From the NCBI RefSeq assembly GCF_054482525.1, contig NZ_CM137006.1: a stretch of 64,000 bases of DNA, one strand, 5' to 3'. The position numbers and the translations under genes are program-made. Below are positions 35,502 through 50,779 of this stretch, piece by piece. The notes below the pieces were generated by a model. That model was not told the DNA's origin, did not search any database, and worked only from the letters and a program-made list of their open reading frames with translations. Position 1 is the stretch's first letter, and every line of letters begins with the position of its first letter.

Positions 35502-36173
35502 ATGCGCGTACTGGTTGTTGAAGACAATGCGTTGTTACGTCACCACCTTAAAGTTCAGATTCAGGATGCTGGTCATCAGGTCGATGACGCAGAAGATGCC
35601 AAAGAAGCCGATTATTATCTCAATGAACATTTACCGGATATTGCGATTGTCGATCTCGGTTTGCCTGACGAGGACGGTCTGTCACTGATTCGCCGCTGGC
35701 GTAGCAATGATGTTTCACTGCCGATTCTGGTATTAACCGCCCGTGAAAGCTGGCAGGACAAAGTCGAAGTATTAAGTGCCGGTGCTGATGATTACGTGAC
35801 TAAACCGTTTCATATTGAAGAGGTGATGGCGCGAATGCAGGCATTAATGCGGCGTAATAGCGGTCTGGCTTCACAGGTCATTTCGCTACCTCCGTTTCAG
35901 GTTGATCTCTCCCGCCGTGAATTATCTATTAATGACGAAGTGATCAAACTGACCGCGTTCGAATACACCATTATGGAAACGTTGATACGCAATAATGGCA
36001 AAGTGGTGAGCAAAGATTCGTTAATGCTCCAACTCTATCCGGATGCGGAGCTGCGGGAAAGCCATACCATTGATGTACTGATGGGACGTCTGCGCAAAAA
36101 AATACAGGCACAATATCCGCAAGAAGTGATTACCACCGTTCGCGGCCAGGGCTATCTGTTCGAATTGCGCTGA
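35502..36173 (+). CDS. phoP: Response regulator PhoP
   Basis: 223 aa, [40 protein letters not shown]..., OmpR-family. Confidence 0.95.
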   Translation: MRVLVVEDNALLRHHLKVQIQDAGHQVDDAEDAKEADYYLNEHLPDIAIVDLGLPDEDGLSLIRRWRSNDVSLPILVLTARESWQDKVEVLSAGADDYVTKPFHIEEVMARMQALMRRNSGLASQVISLPPFQVDLSRRELSINDEVIKLTAFEYTIMETLIRNNGKVVSKDSLMLQLYPDAELRESHTIDVLMGRLRKKIQAQYPQEVITTVRGQGYLFELR

Positions 36174-37633
36174 TGAAAAAATTACTGCGTCTTTTTTTCC
36201 CGCTCTCGCTGCGGGTACGTTTTCTGTTAGCAACGGCAGCAGTAGTATTGGTGCTTTCGCTTGCCTACGGAATGGTTGCGCTGATCGGTTATAGCGTCAG
36301 TTTCGATAAAACCACGTTTCGGCTGTTACGTGGCGAGAGCAATCTGTTCTATACCCTTGCGAAGTGGGAAAACAATAAGTTGCATGTCGAGTTACCCGAA
36401 AATATCGACAAGCAAAGCCCCACTATGACGCTAATTTATGATGAGAACGGGCAGCTTTTATGGGCGCAACGTGACGTGCCCTGGCTGATGAAGATGATCC
36501 AGCCTGACTGGCTGAAATCGAATGGTTTTCATGAAATTGAAGCGGATGTTAACGATACCAGCCTATTGCTGAGTGGAGATCATTCGATACAGCAACAGTT
36601 GCAGGAAGTGCGGGAAGATGATGACGACGCAGAGATGACCCACTCGGTGGCGGTAAACGTCTATCCGGCAACATCGCGGATGCCAAAGTTAACCATTGTG
36701 GTGGTGGATACCATTCCGGTGGAGCTAAAAAGTTCCTATATGGTCTGGAGCTGGTTTATCTATGTGCTCTCAGCCAATCTGCTGTTAGTGATCCCGCTGC
36801 TGTGGGTCGCCGCCTGGTGGAGTTTACGCCCCATCGAAGCCCTGGCAAAAGAAGTCCGCGAACTGGAAGAACATAACCGCGAATTGCTCAATCCAGCCAC
36901 AACGCGAGAACTGACCAGTCTGGTACGAAACCTGAACCGACTGTTAAAAAGTGAACGCGAACGTTACGACAAATATCGTACGACGCTCACCGACCTGACC
37001 CATAGTCTGAAAACGCCACTGGCGGTGTTGCAAAGTACGCTGCGTTCTCTGCGTAGTGAGAAGATGAGCGTCAGTGATGCTGAGCCGGTAATGCTGGAGC
37101 AAATCAGCCGCATTTCACAGCAAATCGGCTACTACCTGCATCGTGCCAGTATGCGCGGCGGGACATTGCTTAGCCGCGAGCTGCATCCGGTCGCCCCACT
37201 GCTGGACAATCTCACCTCGGCGCTGAACAAAGTGTATCAACGCAAAGGGGTCAATATCTCTCTCGATATTTCGCCAGAGATCAGCTTTGTCGGTGAGCAG
37301 AACGATTTTGTCGAGGTGATGGGCAACGTGCTGGATAATGCCTGTAAATATTGCCTCGAGTTTGTCGAAATATCTGCAAGGCAAACCGACGAGCATCTCT
37401 ATATTGTGGTCGAGGATGATGGCCCCGGTATTCCATTAAGCAAGCGAGAGGTCATTTTCGACCGTGGTCAACGGGTTGATACTTTACGCCCTGGGCAAGG
37501 TGTAGGGCTGGCGGTAGCACGCGAAATCACCGAGCAGTATGAGGGTAAAATCGTCGCCGGAGAGAGCATGCTGGGCGGTGCGCGGATGGAGGTGATTTTT
37601 GGTCGCCAGCATTCTGCGCCGAAAGATGAATAA
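36173..37633 (+). CDS. phoQ: Sensor histidine kinase PhoQ
   Basis: 486 aa, [44 protein letters not shown]..., start overlaps phoP stop. Confidence 0.95.
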   Translation: MKKLLRLFFPLSLRVRFLLATAAVVLVLSLAYGMVALIGYSVSFDKTTFRLLRGESNLFYTLAKWENNKLHVELPENIDKQSPTMTLIYDENGQLLWAQRDVPWLMKMIQPDWLKSNGFHEIEADVNDTSLLLSGDHSIQQQLQEVREDDDDAEMTHSVAVNVYPATSRMPKLTIVVVDTIPVELKSSYMVWSWFIYVLSANLLLVIPLLWVAAWWSLRPIEALAKEVRELEEHNRELLNPATTRELTSLVRNLNRLLKSERERYDKYRTTLTDLTHSLKTPLAVLQSTLRSLRSEKMSVSDAEPVMLEQISRISQQIGYYLHRASMRGGTLLSRELHPVAPLLDNLTSALNKVYQRKGVNISLDISPEISFVGEQNDFVEVMGNVLDNACKYCLEFVEISARQTDEHLYIVVEDDGPGIPLSKREVIFDRGQRVDTLRPGQGVGLAVAREITEQYEGKIVAGESMLGGARMEVIFGRQHSAPKDE

Positions 37634-37708
37634 ATATGTCCATACTTCACGCATTACGTTAAGCATCCGTTATAATCGGTTGCAGATACCAGCCTGTGGA
37701 TGCTTAAC

Positions 37709-38830
37709 ATGGAATACCAACTCACTCTTAACTGGCCCGATTTTCTTGAACGTCACTGGCAGAAACGTCCGGTGGTGTTAAAACGTGGCTTTAATAATTT
37801 TATTGACCCGATCTCTCCAGACGAGTTGGCGGGTCTGGCGATGGAAAGCGAAGTCGACAGTCGACTGGTCAGTCATCAGGATGGCAAATGGCAGGTCAGC
37901 CACGGTCCATTCGAAAGCTACGATCATCTCGGTGAAACTAACTGGTCATTGTTAGTGCAAGCAGTGAACCACTGGCATGAGCCGACCGCCGCGCTGATGC
38001 GACCGTTCCGTGAACTACCGGACTGGCGTATTGATGATCTGATGATCTCTTTTTCCGTACCTGGCGGCGGCGTCGGCCCGCATCTCGATCAGTACGACGT
38101 GTTTATCATTCAGGGTACCGGACGTCGTCGCTGGCGAGTGGGTGAAAAGCTGCAAATGAAACAGCACTGCCCACATCCGGATCTGTTACAGGTCGATCCG
38201 TTCGAAGCCATCATCGATGAAGAGCTGGAGCCTGGTGATATTCTTTATATTCCGCCAGGATTCCCGCATGAAGGCTACGCGCTGGAAAATGCGATGAACT
38301 ATTCCGTGGGTTTTCGCGCGCCAAATACGCGGGAACTGATTAGCGGATTTGCCGATTATGTGCTGCAACGTGAACTGGGCGGCAACTACTACAGCGATCC
38401 TGATGTTCCACCTCGCGCTCATCCTGCGGATGTTCTGCCGCAAGAGATGGATAAACTGCGTGAGATGATGCTCGAATTGATCAACCAGCCGGAACACTTT
38501 AAGCAATGGTTTGGGGAGTTTATATCCCAGTCACGTCATGAACTGGATATCGCGCCGCCAGAGCCGCCTTATCAGCCGGATGAAATCTACGATGCGCTGA
38601 AACAAGGTGAAGTGCTGGTGCGTCTGGGTGGTCTGCGCGTATTGCGCATTGGCGACGACGTGTATGCCAATGGTGAGAAGATCGATTCCCCACACCGTCC
38701 GGCACTGGATGCGCTCGCCAGCAACATTGCGCTGACCGCGGAGAATTTTGGTGATGCGCTGGAAGATCCGTCATTTCTCGCGATGCTTGCGGCACTAGTC
38801 AATAGCGGGTATTGGTTCTTCGAAGGGTAA
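37709..38830 (+). CDS. roxA: Ribosomal protein uL16 arginine hydroxylase RoxA (YcfD), JmjC/cupin
   Basis: 373-aa product from MEYQLTLNWPDFLERHWQKRPVVLKRGF...; trimmed to Met4. Confidence 0.85.
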   Translation: MEYQLTLNWPDFLERHWQKRPVVLKRGFNNFIDPISPDELAGLAMESEVDSRLVSHQDGKWQVSHGPFESYDHLGETNWSLLVQAVNHWHEPTAALMRPFRELPDWRIDDLMISFSVPGGGVGPHLDQYDVFIIQGTGRRRWRVGEKLQMKQHCPHPDLLQVDPFEAIIDEELEPGDILYIPPGFPHEGYALENAMNYSVGFRAPNTRELISGFADYVLQRELGGNYYSDPDVPPRAHPADVLPQEMDKLREMMLELINQPEHFKQWFGEFISQSRHELDIAPPEPPYQPDEIYDALKQGEVLVRLGGLRVLRIGDDVYANGEKIDSPHRPALDALASNIALTAENFGDALEDPSFLAMLAALVNSGYWFFEG

Positions 38831-38845
38831 GTTTGAAGTTAAGCC

Positions 38846-38870
38846 GGATGCGGCATCACATGCCGCATCC
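38846..38870. terminator. Hairpin between convergent roxA and pepT
   Basis: GGATGCGGCA-TCACA-TGCCGCATCC followed by CTTTTCGCTT. Confidence 0.45.
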
Positions 38871-38878
38871 CTTTTCGC

Positions 38879-40105
38879 TTACTTCCGTTGCGCCGTTAAC
38901 TCGGCAATACGGACGATCACCTGCACCGCTTTTTCCATACCTTCCAGAGTCACAAACTCATGCTTACCATGATAGTTGTAACCGCCAGTGAACAGGTTCG
39001 GGCACGGTAATCCCATAAACGACAACTGCGCGCCGTCGGTACCGCCGCGGATCGGTTTCAGTTCCGGTTCAATATCGCAGTCACGCATCGCCTGCTGGGC
39101 GATATCGAGAATATGCGGATGCTCAACCACTTTCTCGCGCATATTGTAGTAACTGTCTTCAATCACCAATTCAATGTAGCAATCAGGATGTAACCCTTTG
39201 CCCACTTTTTTGGCGATCTCCATCATTTTACGTTTACGCGCTTCAAACTGTTTACGGTCGAAATCACGGATGATGTAGTGCATATCGGCCCGTTCAACGG
39301 TGCCTTTCATGCTCGCCAGGTGATAGAAACCTTCATAGCCTTCTGTCATTTCCGGGCTTTCATCCGCCGGAACTTCCGCATGAATACGTGCCGCCAGCGA
39401 CAGCGCATTTACCATCACTCCTTTCGCCGTGCCCGGGTGAACATTGTTACCGACAATTTTGATATTGACCGACGCGGCGTTGAAGTTTTCAAACTCCAGT
39501 TCGCCTACGCCACCACCATCAACGGTGTAAGCCCAGCTGGCATCGAAGGCGTCAACATCAAAATGTTTCGCCCCTTTGCCCACTTCTTCATCCGGGGTAA
39601 AGGCGACGCGAATATCACCATGCGGAATGTTTTTTTGTTGCAATACCGCCAGCGCGGTCATGATTTCTGCAATACCTGCTTTATCATCGGCACCTAACAA
39701 GGTTTTACCATCGGTGGTAATCAGCGTCTGACCCAGTAGCTGATGCAGCACCGGGAACATAACCGGTGATAAAACTTCATCGCCGATACCCAGCGCAATA
39801 TCGCCACCGCGATAGTTTTCAACAATTTGCGGATTCACATTTTTGCCGCTGCAATCCGGTGAGGTATCCACATGAGAAATAAAGCCAATCGCCGGGATAT
39901 CGCCAGGGACGTTAGCCGGTAACGTCGCCATCAAAGTGCCCTTCTCACTTAAGGTCACATTGATAAGCCCCATCTCTTCGAGCTGCTCTTTCAGCAGATG
40001 CAATAACTTCCATTGGCCTTCCGTGCTGGGAACCTGTCTCACCCCTGCTTTTGATTGGGTATCCAGAGACACGTAGTTCAAAAATCGCTCAAGTAGTTTA
40101 TCCAT
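38879..40105 (-). CDS. pepT: Peptidase T (tripeptide aminopeptidase)
   Basis: 408-aa product from [31 protein letters not shown]...; trimmed to Met15. Confidence 0.92.
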   Translation of the reverse strand: MDKLLERFLNYVSLDTQSKAGVRQVPSTEGQWKLLHLLKEQLEEMGLINVTLSEKGTLMATLPANVPGDIPAIGFISHVDTSPDCSGKNVNPQIVENYRGGDIALGIGDEVLSPVMFPVLHQLLGQTLITTDGKTLLGADDKAGIAEIMTALAVLQQKNIPHGDIRVAFTPDEEVGKGAKHFDVDAFDASWAYTVDGGGVGELEFENFNAASVNIKIVGNNVHPGTAKGVMVNALSLAARIHAEVPADESPEMTEGYEGFYHLASMKGTVERADMHYIIRDFDRKQFEARKRKMMEIAKKVGKGLHPDCYIELVIEDSYYNMREKVVEHPHILDIAQQAMRDCDIEPELKPIRGGTDGAQLSFMGLPCPNLFTGGYNYHGKHEFVTLEGMEKAVQVIVRIAELTAQRK

Positions 40106-40354
40106 GTAGTCACCCTCACTTTTTGTGACAACATTATTAAGAAGCAAGAAAAGACAAATATTGCGTCAGGTCACTTTTACCCCTGCAAGCGGGAATATTT
40201 ATCAGCATTACCTTAATGAATATAAAGCTAAGCCAGTAATTCACAACAAAGATTGGCGATTCAAGCGGTTTGCCGTAGAATTACCGCCCTCATTAAGAGT
40301 CACCAAGGTGGTTAACCACAAACCCCGCATCGGTAAGCCATCCGTTGCGTTTAC

Positions 40355-41491
40355 ATGGGACAGAGTAAAAAATTGAATAAACAACCGAGTTCGCTTTCAC
40401 CGCTGGTGCAATTGGCGGGAATTCGCAAATGCTTTGATGGTAAAGAGGTCATTCCCCAGCTGGATCTGACTATCAACAATGGCGAGTTCCTCACGCTGCT
40501 TGGCCCTTCTGGCTGCGGTAAAACAACCGTTCTTCGCCTGATTGCAGGTCTGGAAACTGTTGATTCCGGACGCATCATGCTGGATAACGAGGACATCACC
40601 CACGTTCCGGCGGAAAACCGCTATGTGAACACTGTTTTCCAAAGCTACGCACTTTTCCCCCACATGACCGTATTCGAAAATGTGGCCTTTGGGTTGCGCA
40701 TGCAAAAAACCCCCGCTGCTGAAATTACGCCCCGCGTGATGGAAGCCCTGCGGATGGTGCAGCTGGAAACCTTCGCTCAACGTAAACCGCATCAGCTTTC
40801 TGGTGGTCAACAGCAACGCGTCGCCATTGCTCGCGCGGTGGTTAACAAGCCTCGTCTGTTGTTGCTGGATGAGTCGCTCTCAGCGCTGGATTACAAACTG
40901 CGTAAGCAAATGCAGAACGAGCTGAAAGCGTTACAGCGTAAGCTTGGCATTACATTCGTCTTCGTGACTCACGACCAGGAAGAAGCACTCACCATGTCAG
41001 ACAGGATTGTGGTGATGCGCGATGGTCGCATTGAGCAAGACGGCACGCCGCGTGAAATCTATGAAGAGCCGAAAAACCTGTTTGTTGCTGGGTTTATTGG
41101 CGAAATCAATATGTTTAACGCCACTGTCATCGAACGTCTCGACGAGCAGCGCGTACGCGCCAACGTTGAAGGCCGCGAATGTAATATCTACGTTAACTTC
41201 GCCGTTGAACCGGGGCAAAAACTGCATGTTCTGCTCCGCCCGGAAGACTTACGTGTTGAAGAGATTAACGACGACAACCACGCTGAAGGGCTGATTGGTT
41301 ACGTTCGCGAGCGTAACTACAAAGGCATGACGCTGGAGTCGGTTGTTGAACTGGAAAATGGCAAGATGGTGATGGTCAGCGAATTCTTCAATGAAGACGA
41401 CCCTGACTTTGACCACTCTCTCGACCAAAAAATGGCCATTAATTGGGTAGAAAGCTGGGAGGTCGTACTGGCTGATGAAGAACACAAGTAA
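40355..41491 (+). CDS. potA: Spermidine/putrescine ABC transporter ATPase PotA
   Basis: 378 aa with Walker [10 protein letters not shown] and signature [14 protein letters not shown]. Confidence 0.95.
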
Positions 41492-42332
41492 GTTCCAGAA
41501 TGTAGTGATTGTCACTATTGTCGGTTGGCTTGTGTTGTTTGTCTTTCTGCCCAACCTGATGATCATTGGCACCAGCTTTTTGACCCGCGACGACGCCAGT
41601 TTCGTCAAAATGGTCTTTACGCTGGATAACTACACGCGTCTGCTCGATCCGCTCTATTTTGAAGTGCTATTGCACTCGCTGAATATGGCGCTGATCGCCA
41701 CCTTCGCCTGCCTGGTGCTGGGCTATCCTTTTGCCTGGTTTCTGGCGAAGCTGCCACACAAGGTGCGTCCGCTGCTACTGTTTCTGCTGATTGTTCCGTT
41801 CTGGACCAACTCATTGATTCGTATCTACGGGCTGAAAATTTTCCTCAGCACCAAAGGCTATCTCAACGAGTTTTTGCTCTGGCTGGGCGTTATCGATACA
41901 CCAATTCGCATCATGTTCACACCCAGTGCGGTGATTATCGGTCTGGTTTACATTCTGCTGCCGTTTATGGTGATGCCGCTGTACTCCAGTATCGAAAAAC
42001 TGGATAAGCCGTTGCTGGAGGCGGCGCGCGATCTCGGTGCCAGCAAGTTACAGACTTTTATCCGCATCATTATTCCACTGACGATGCCAGGAATTATTGC
42101 CGGATGTCTGCTGGTGATGCTGCCAGCGATGGGCCTGTTCTATGTGTCCGACCTGATGGGCGGTGCGAAAAACCTGCTGATCGGTAACGTCATCAAAGTA
42201 CAGTTCCTCAATATTCGTGACTGGCCGTTTGGTGCAGCCACCAGCATTACGCTGACTATCGTAATGGGCCTGATGTTGCTGGTTTACTGGCGCGCTTCTC
42301 GTCTGCTGAACAAAAAGGTGGAACTCGAATGA
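41475..42332 (+). CDS. potB: Spermidine/putrescine ABC transporter permease PotB
   Basis: Polytopic permease overlapping the potA stop; annotated start may be slightly downstream. Confidence 0.9.
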
Positions 42333-43123
42333 TCGGTCGACTGCTTCGCGGCGGTTTTATGACCGCTATCTACGCGTACCTGTATATCCCAATCATTATT
42401 TTGATTGTGAACTCCTTTAACAGCTCGCGCTTTGGCATCAACTGGCAGGGTTTTACCACCAAATGGTATAGCCTGCTGATGAACAACGACAGCCTGTTAC
42501 AGGCAGCGCAGCATTCACTAACAATGGCGGTGTTTTCGGCGACGTTTGCTACGCTTATCGGTTCACTGACGGCAGTTGCGCTGTATCGTTATCGCTTTCG
42601 TGGTAAGCCGTTCGTTAGCGGAATGCTGTTTGTGGTGATGATGTCACCAGATATTGTGATGGCGATTTCTCTGCTGGTGCTGTTTATGCTGCTGGGTATT
42701 CAGCTTGGCTTCTGGTCGCTGCTGTTCTCGCATATCACCTTCTGCCTGCCGTTTGTGGTGGTGACGGTGTATTCGCGCCTGAAAGGTTTTGACGTGCGAA
42801 TGCTGGAAGCGGCGAAAGATCTCGGTGCCAGCGAATTTACCATTCTGCGAAAAATCATTCTGCCACTGGCAATGCCAGCGGTAGCGGCGGGCTGGGTGTT
42901 AAGCTTTACCCTGTCGATGGACGATGTAGTAGTTTCTTCGTTCGTCACCGGACCAAGCTATGAAATTCTGCCGTTAAAAATTTATTCGATGGTCAAAGTC
43001 GGCGTATCGCCGGAAGTTAACGCGCTGGCAACCATATTACTGGTGCTGTCGCTGGTGATGGTAATTGCCAGCCAGCTTATTGCTCGTGATAAAACGAAAG
43101 GTAACACAGGGGACGTTAAATGA
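42329..43123 (+). CDS. potC: Spermidine/putrescine ABC transporter permease PotC
   Basis: 264 aa permease, start overlaps potB stop. Confidence 0.92.
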   Translation: MIGRLLRGGFMTAIYAYLYIPIIILIVNSFNSSRFGINWQGFTTKWYSLLMNNDSLLQAAQHSLTMAVFSATFATLIGSLTAVALYRYRFRGKPFVSGMLFVVMMSPDIVMAISLLVLFMLLGIQLGFWSLLFSHITFCLPFVVVTVYSRLKGFDVRMLEAAKDLGASEFTILRKIILPLAMPAVAAGWVLSFTLSMDDVVVSSFVTGPSYEILPLKIYSMVKVGVSPEVNALATILLVLSLVMVIASQLIARDKTKGNTGDVK

Positions 43124-44166
43124 AAAAATGGTCACGCCACCTGCTCGCGGCGGGTGCTCTGGCACTGGGCATGAGCGCCGCTCACGCCGATGACAACAAC
43201 ACGCTGTATTTCTACAACTGGACCGAGTACGTGCCGCCAGGACTGCTTGAACAGTTCACCAAAGAAACCGGTATTAAGGTTATCTATTCGACTTACGAGT
43301 CGAACGAAACCATGTACGCGAAGCTGAAAACGTACAAAGACGGTGCCTATGACCTGGTGGTTCCTTCAACCTATTACGTCGATAAAATGCGTAAAGAAGG
43401 GATGATCCAGAAGATCGACAAGTCGAAGTTAAGCAATTTCAGCAACCTCGATCCAGACATGCTCAACAAGCCGTTTGACCCGAATAACGACTATTCCATT
43501 CCGTATATCTGGGGTGCAACGGCGATTGGCGTTAACGGTGATGCGGTGGATCCGAAATCTGTCACCAGCTGGGCCGATCTGTGGAAGCCTGAGTACAAAG
43601 GCAGCCTGCTGCTGACCGACGATGCCCGTGAAGTGTTCCAGATGGCGCTGCGTAAGCTGGGCTACTCCGGTAACACCACCGATCCGAAAGAGATTGAAGC
43701 TGCATACAACGAGCTGAAAAAACTGATGCCAAACGTGGCGGCGTTTAACTCCGATAACCCCGCTAACCCGTATATGGAAGGCGAAGTTAACCTCGGCATG
43801 ATCTGGAACGGTTCTGCTTTCGTTGCACGCCAGGCGGGTACGCCAATTGATGTGGTGTGGCCGAAAGAAGGCGGCATTTTCTGGATGGACAGCCTGGCGA
43901 TCCCGGCAAATGCCAAAAACAAAGAAGGCGCGCTGAAATTGATCAACTTCCTGCTGCGCCCGGATGTGGCAAAACAGGTTGCTGAAACTATCGGTTATCC
44001 AACGCCAAACCTTGCGGCGCGTAAGCTGTTAAGTCCGGAAGTGGCGAACGATAAAACGCTCTACCCGGATGCTGAAACCATTAAAAATGGTGAATGGCAG
44101 AATGACGTTGGCGCAGCCAGCAGCATTTATGAAGAGTATTATCAGAAGCTGAAAGCAGGACGTTAA
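43120..44166 (+). CDS. potD: Spermidine/putrescine periplasmic binding protein PotD
   Basis: 348 aa with signal peptide MKKWSRHLLAAGALALGMSAAHA. Confidence 0.95.
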   Translation: MKKWSRHLLAAGALALGMSAAHADDNNTLYFYNWTEYVPPGLLEQFTKETGIKVIYSTYESNETMYAKLKTYKDGAYDLVVPSTYYVDKMRKEGMIQKIDKSKLSNFSNLDPDMLNKPFDPNNDYSIPYIWGATAIGVNGDAVDPKSVTSWADLWKPEYKGSLLLTDDAREVFQMALRKLGYSGNTTDPKEIEAAYNELKKLMPNVAAFNSDNPANPYMEGEVNLGMIWNGSAFVARQAGTPIDVVWPKEGGIFWMDSLAIPANAKNKEGALKLINFLLRPDVAKQVAETIGYPTPNLAARKLLSPEVANDKTLYPDAETIKNGEWQNDVGAASSIYEEYYQKLKAGR

Positions 44167-44172
44167 TTCAGC

Positions 44173-44205
44173 AAGCGGGCGGTGGTATTACCGCCCGTTT
44201 TTTAT
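44173..44205 (+). terminator. Intrinsic terminator of the potABCD operon
   Basis: GCGGGCGG-TGGTATTA-CCGCCCG followed by TTTTTTATTT. Confidence 0.75.
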
Positions 44206-44223
44206 TTAGCAAGGATGTGGCTA

Positions 44224-44685
44224 ATGAGTCAGGACAGTAGAGTTTTCTTTCGTATATTCCTCGGTATCGGTCTGGTACTGATCCTCATTTCTGTTGTTGT
44301 CTTTTATAACCAGTTCACCTATAGCAAAGACGCGATTCATACTGAAGGCGTCATTGTTGATACCGTCTGGCACTCCAGTCATTCTCATCGCACGGGTAAA
44401 AATGGTTCGTGGTATCCCGTCGTTGCCTTTCGACCGACGCCTGATTACACGCTAATTTTCAATTCGAGTATCGGCAGCGATTTTTATGAAGACAGCGAAG
44501 GCGATAAAGTTAATGTTTATTATTCTCCAGGGCATCCTGAAAAGGCTGAGATAAATAACCCGTGGGTTAATTTTTTTAAATGGGGGTTTATCGGCATTAT
44601 GGGCGTTATTTTTATCGCCGTCGGTTTATTAATCAGTATGCCCTCCTCTAAAAAGTCACGCAGGAAACGGAAGTCCCGTCCATGA
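44224..44685 (+). CDS. ymfA: Inner-membrane protein YmfA
   Basis: 153-aa product from [28 protein letters not shown]...; trimmed to Met15. Confidence 0.8.
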   Translation: MSQDSRVFFRIFLGIGLVLILISVVVFYNQFTYSKDAIHTEGVIVDTVWHSSHSHRTGKNGSWYPVVAFRPTPDYTLIFNSSIGSDFYEDSEGDKVNVYYSPGHPEKAEINNPWVNFFKWGFIGIMGVIFIAVGLLISMPSSKKSRRKRKSRP

Positions 44686-45467
44686 AAAAAATCATAATAC
44701 TGCTCAGTTTACTGATACTGCTGCCTCTGACAGCAACCAGTAAGCCCTTAATCCCAATAATGAAGACACTTTTTACGGATGTTACAGGTACTGTACCGGA
44801 TGCTGAGGAGATTGCGCAGAAAGCGGAGCTTTTTCGTCAACAAACCGGGATTGCGCCGTTTATCGTGGTTGTACCTGGCGTTAATGAAGCAAGCTTCAGG
44901 CAAAATGGCAAAGCGATGCTGGCGCATGCGTCATCTTCATTGAGTGATGTAAAAGGCAGCGTCCTGTTACTTTTTACCACCCGCGAGCCACGGTTAATTA
45001 TGATAACCAACGGCCAGGTTGAAAGCGGTCTGGACGATAAACATCTCGGCCTTCTGGTAGAAAATCACACTCAGGCTTATTTACATGCGGACCTCTGGTA
45101 TCAGGGAATCAATAATGCATTGGCTGTTTTACAAGCACAGATATTAAAACAACCGACGCCGCCACTGACATATTATCCGCATCCCGGACAACAGCAGGAG
45201 AATGATCCTCCCGGCAGTACCACGATATTAGGTCTTTTTGCCTGGGCAGTTGCATTCATCGTCTTTACTGCATTTTTTTACTACACGACGCGCCTTAATT
45301 ATGCATTAAAGTTTGCAGTGGCGATGACTATTGCCAATATGGGTTATCAGGCTTTATGTTTGTACATCGATAATAGCTTTGCGATTACCAGAATATCGCC
45401 GCTCTGGGCAGGGCTGATTGGTGTCTGTACGTTTATTGCCGCGTTGTTATTGACGAGTAAACGGTAA
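44682..45467 (+). CDS. ycfZ: Inner-membrane protein YcfZ
   Basis: 261 aa, N-terminal signal/TM and C-terminal TM helices; synteny between ymfA and cobB. Confidence 0.8.
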   Translation: MKKIIILLSLLILLPLTATSKPLIPIMKTLFTDVTGTVPDAEEIAQKAELFRQQTGIAPFIVVVPGVNEASFRQNGKAMLAHASSSLSDVKGSVLLLFTTREPRLIMITNGQVESGLDDKHLGLLVENHTQAYLHADLWYQGINNALAVLQAQILKQPTPPLTYYPHPGQQQENDPPGSTTILGLFAWAVAFIVFTAFFYYTTRLNYALKFAVAMTIANMGYQALCLYIDNSFAITRISPLWAGLIGVCTFIAALLLTSKR

Positions 45468-45495
45468 AAGAGGCAGTAAAGTGTGCGTTTATTAT

Positions 45496-45592
45496 GCCGG
45501 ATGCGGCGCGAACGCCTTATCTGGCCCACAAAACCCGCAAATTCAATTAATTGCGTCCCCTTGTAGGCCTGATAAGCGTAGCGCATCAGGCA
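45496..45592. repeat. REP (repetitive extragenic palindrome) elements
   Basis: GCCGGATGCGGCGCGAACGCCTTATCTGGCC and GTAGGCCTGATAAGCGTAGCGCATCAGGCA in the ycfZ-cobB intergenic region. Confidence 0.7.
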
Positions 45593-45604
45593 ATGCTTCC
45601 TGCT

Positions 45605-46426
45605 TTATAAGCCCTTCAGCAACTTTTCAACAAACTCTGGCACCACCTGGCTTGCCGGGCCGTAATATTTCTCGGCAAATTCATTACCGACCTGGCTTGG
45701 TTCAAGATTCAGTTCCACGGTGTGTGCGCCATGCAGTTTCGCTTCGTGAACAAACCCAGCCGCCGGATAAACATGCCCTGATGTACCAATGGCAATGAAA
45801 ATATCGGCCATTGACAACGCCATATAAATTTCATCCATGCCGAGTGGCATTTCGCCAAACCAAACGACGTGCGGGCGCAAGGGTGCCGGGAACTGGCAAC
45901 AATGGCATTTATCTTCTGGCGTAACGTCTCCGGTCCAGTCGAGAACCTGACCACTTTGCGAACAGCGAACTTTCAGCAGTTCCCCATGCATATGAATGAC
46001 ATTGGTATTACCTGCGCGTTCATGCAGGTTGTCGATATTCTGCGTCACCAGCAAAAAGCGATCGCCGAGGGCGTCTTGCAGTTTAGCCAGCGCAAGATGC
46101 GCGGCGTTAGGCTGAATTTCTGGCTGCTGTAGCTGTCGACGACGGGCGTTATAAAACGCTTGCACCAGTTCAGGATCGCGATCGAAACCTTCCGGCGTTG
46201 CCACATCTTCAACCCGATGTTCTTCCCACAGGCCATCTGCGGCGCGAAAGGTACGAATACCTGATTCCGCAGAAATCCCTGCCCCTGTCAGTACGAGTAC
46301 TCTTGGTTTTTCCATTGCTTCCGGCACCACTTTATCTCTGAAAAAAATACGCTGACGCAAACGCTCGCGCAGACGGCGTTTATTTTTACGAAAACGACTT
46401 AACCGATGACCCCGACGCGACAGCAT
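45605..46426 (-). CDS. cobB: NAD-dependent protein deacylase CobB (sirtuin), long isoform
   Basis: 273 aa with [14 protein letters not shown] and zinc ribbon; basic N-terminal extension present. Confidence 0.9.
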   Translation of the reverse strand: MLSRRGHRLSRFRKNKRRLRERLRQRIFFRDKVVPEAMEKPRVLVLTGAGISAESGIRTFRAADGLWEEHRVEDVATPEGFDRDPELVQAFYNARRRQLQQPEIQPNAAHLALAKLQDALGDRFLLVTQNIDNLHERAGNTNVIHMHGELLKVRCSQSGQVLDWTGDVTPEDKCHCCQFPAPLRPHVVWFGEMPLGMDEIYMALSMADIFIAIGTSGHVYPAAGFVHEAKLHGAHTVELNLEPSQVGNEFAEKYYGPASQVVPEFVEKLLKGL

Positions 46427-46441
46427 AGCAACCTCTGTTGT

Positions 46442-47353
46442 TTAATCGGTTAGATGTAGGAAGGCCGCACCACGCATTCCTCCCGCATCACCGTGGCGCG
46501 CGCGTTCAATGCGCGGAACACGAGCTACAGGTAAGAGATGACGAGGCAGCCTGTCCGCCAGTTGCGTTGTGATTGCCGGGAAATTCGATAAGCCACCACC
46601 AATGACGACCAGGTCAGGGTCAACAATGGTCAGGATATTTCCCAGACAAACCGCTAATAAATCCAGATAACGCTCAACGTGCGCCCTTGCCTGCTCATCG
46701 CCTTGATCATAAAGCGCAATAATTTCGGGAGCCTGCAACGGTTGATGATAATAGTGTTGATACAGCCACGCAAAACCGCGACCAGACAGATAATTTTCAA
46801 TGCAGCCATGCTGACCACAGCCGCAGCGGCGTAACGGGAAATCCAGCCCCATCATGGTTAACGCATCAACCGGCAGACGCATATGGCCAAACTCGCCGGT
46901 AATATAGCTTTTACCGGTAATTGGTTTACCGTTGAAAATCAGCCCGCCGCCAACGCCGGTACCGAGAATCAACCCCATCACCAGTGGATATTGAGTAAAT
47001 TCATCATCCCAGGCTTCTGAAAGGGCAAAACAGTTGGCATCGTTATCAAGGCGTACATCGCGATCAAGACGTGCGCTCAGGTCGGCACGCAGCGGTTTAC
47101 CGCTGGCAGCGGGGACATTGGCGGCATACAGCGTACCATCTTCTGTTTCCGGCATTCCCGGAATACCGATGCCGACAGAGCCTTTACAGCCAAAACGTTG
47201 GTCAGCTTCAGCTACCAGCTCACACACTGCATCTAAAAATGCGTCATAGCTGTCACGCGGTGTCGGCACCCGCTTTTCCCACTGCAACTGCCGACCGCTA
47301 TCAAACACGCCAAGCGCAATTTTTGTTCCACCAATATCAAACCCGTAATACAT
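46442..47353 (-). CDS. nagK: N-acetyl-D-glucosamine kinase NagK (ROK family)
   Basis: 303-aa product from [18 protein letters not shown]...; trimmed to Met21. Confidence 0.9.
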
Positions 47354-47381
47354 TGCCGCTCCTTGTTTTAATGTACTGCCT

Positions 47382-50630
<3,249 letters not shown>

Positions 50631-50779
50631 TCAATCGACTAAAGGGCCTCATTTTCTCATTGGCCTTGTGGCCTGATCTTTATCTGAAAAATAACCAAAT
50701 ACAGACAGATACGCATTACACCACGCGACTGGCCCCTCAGGATCAACAGCATGTTAAATAAAAAGAGCGTGTTGTCCTG

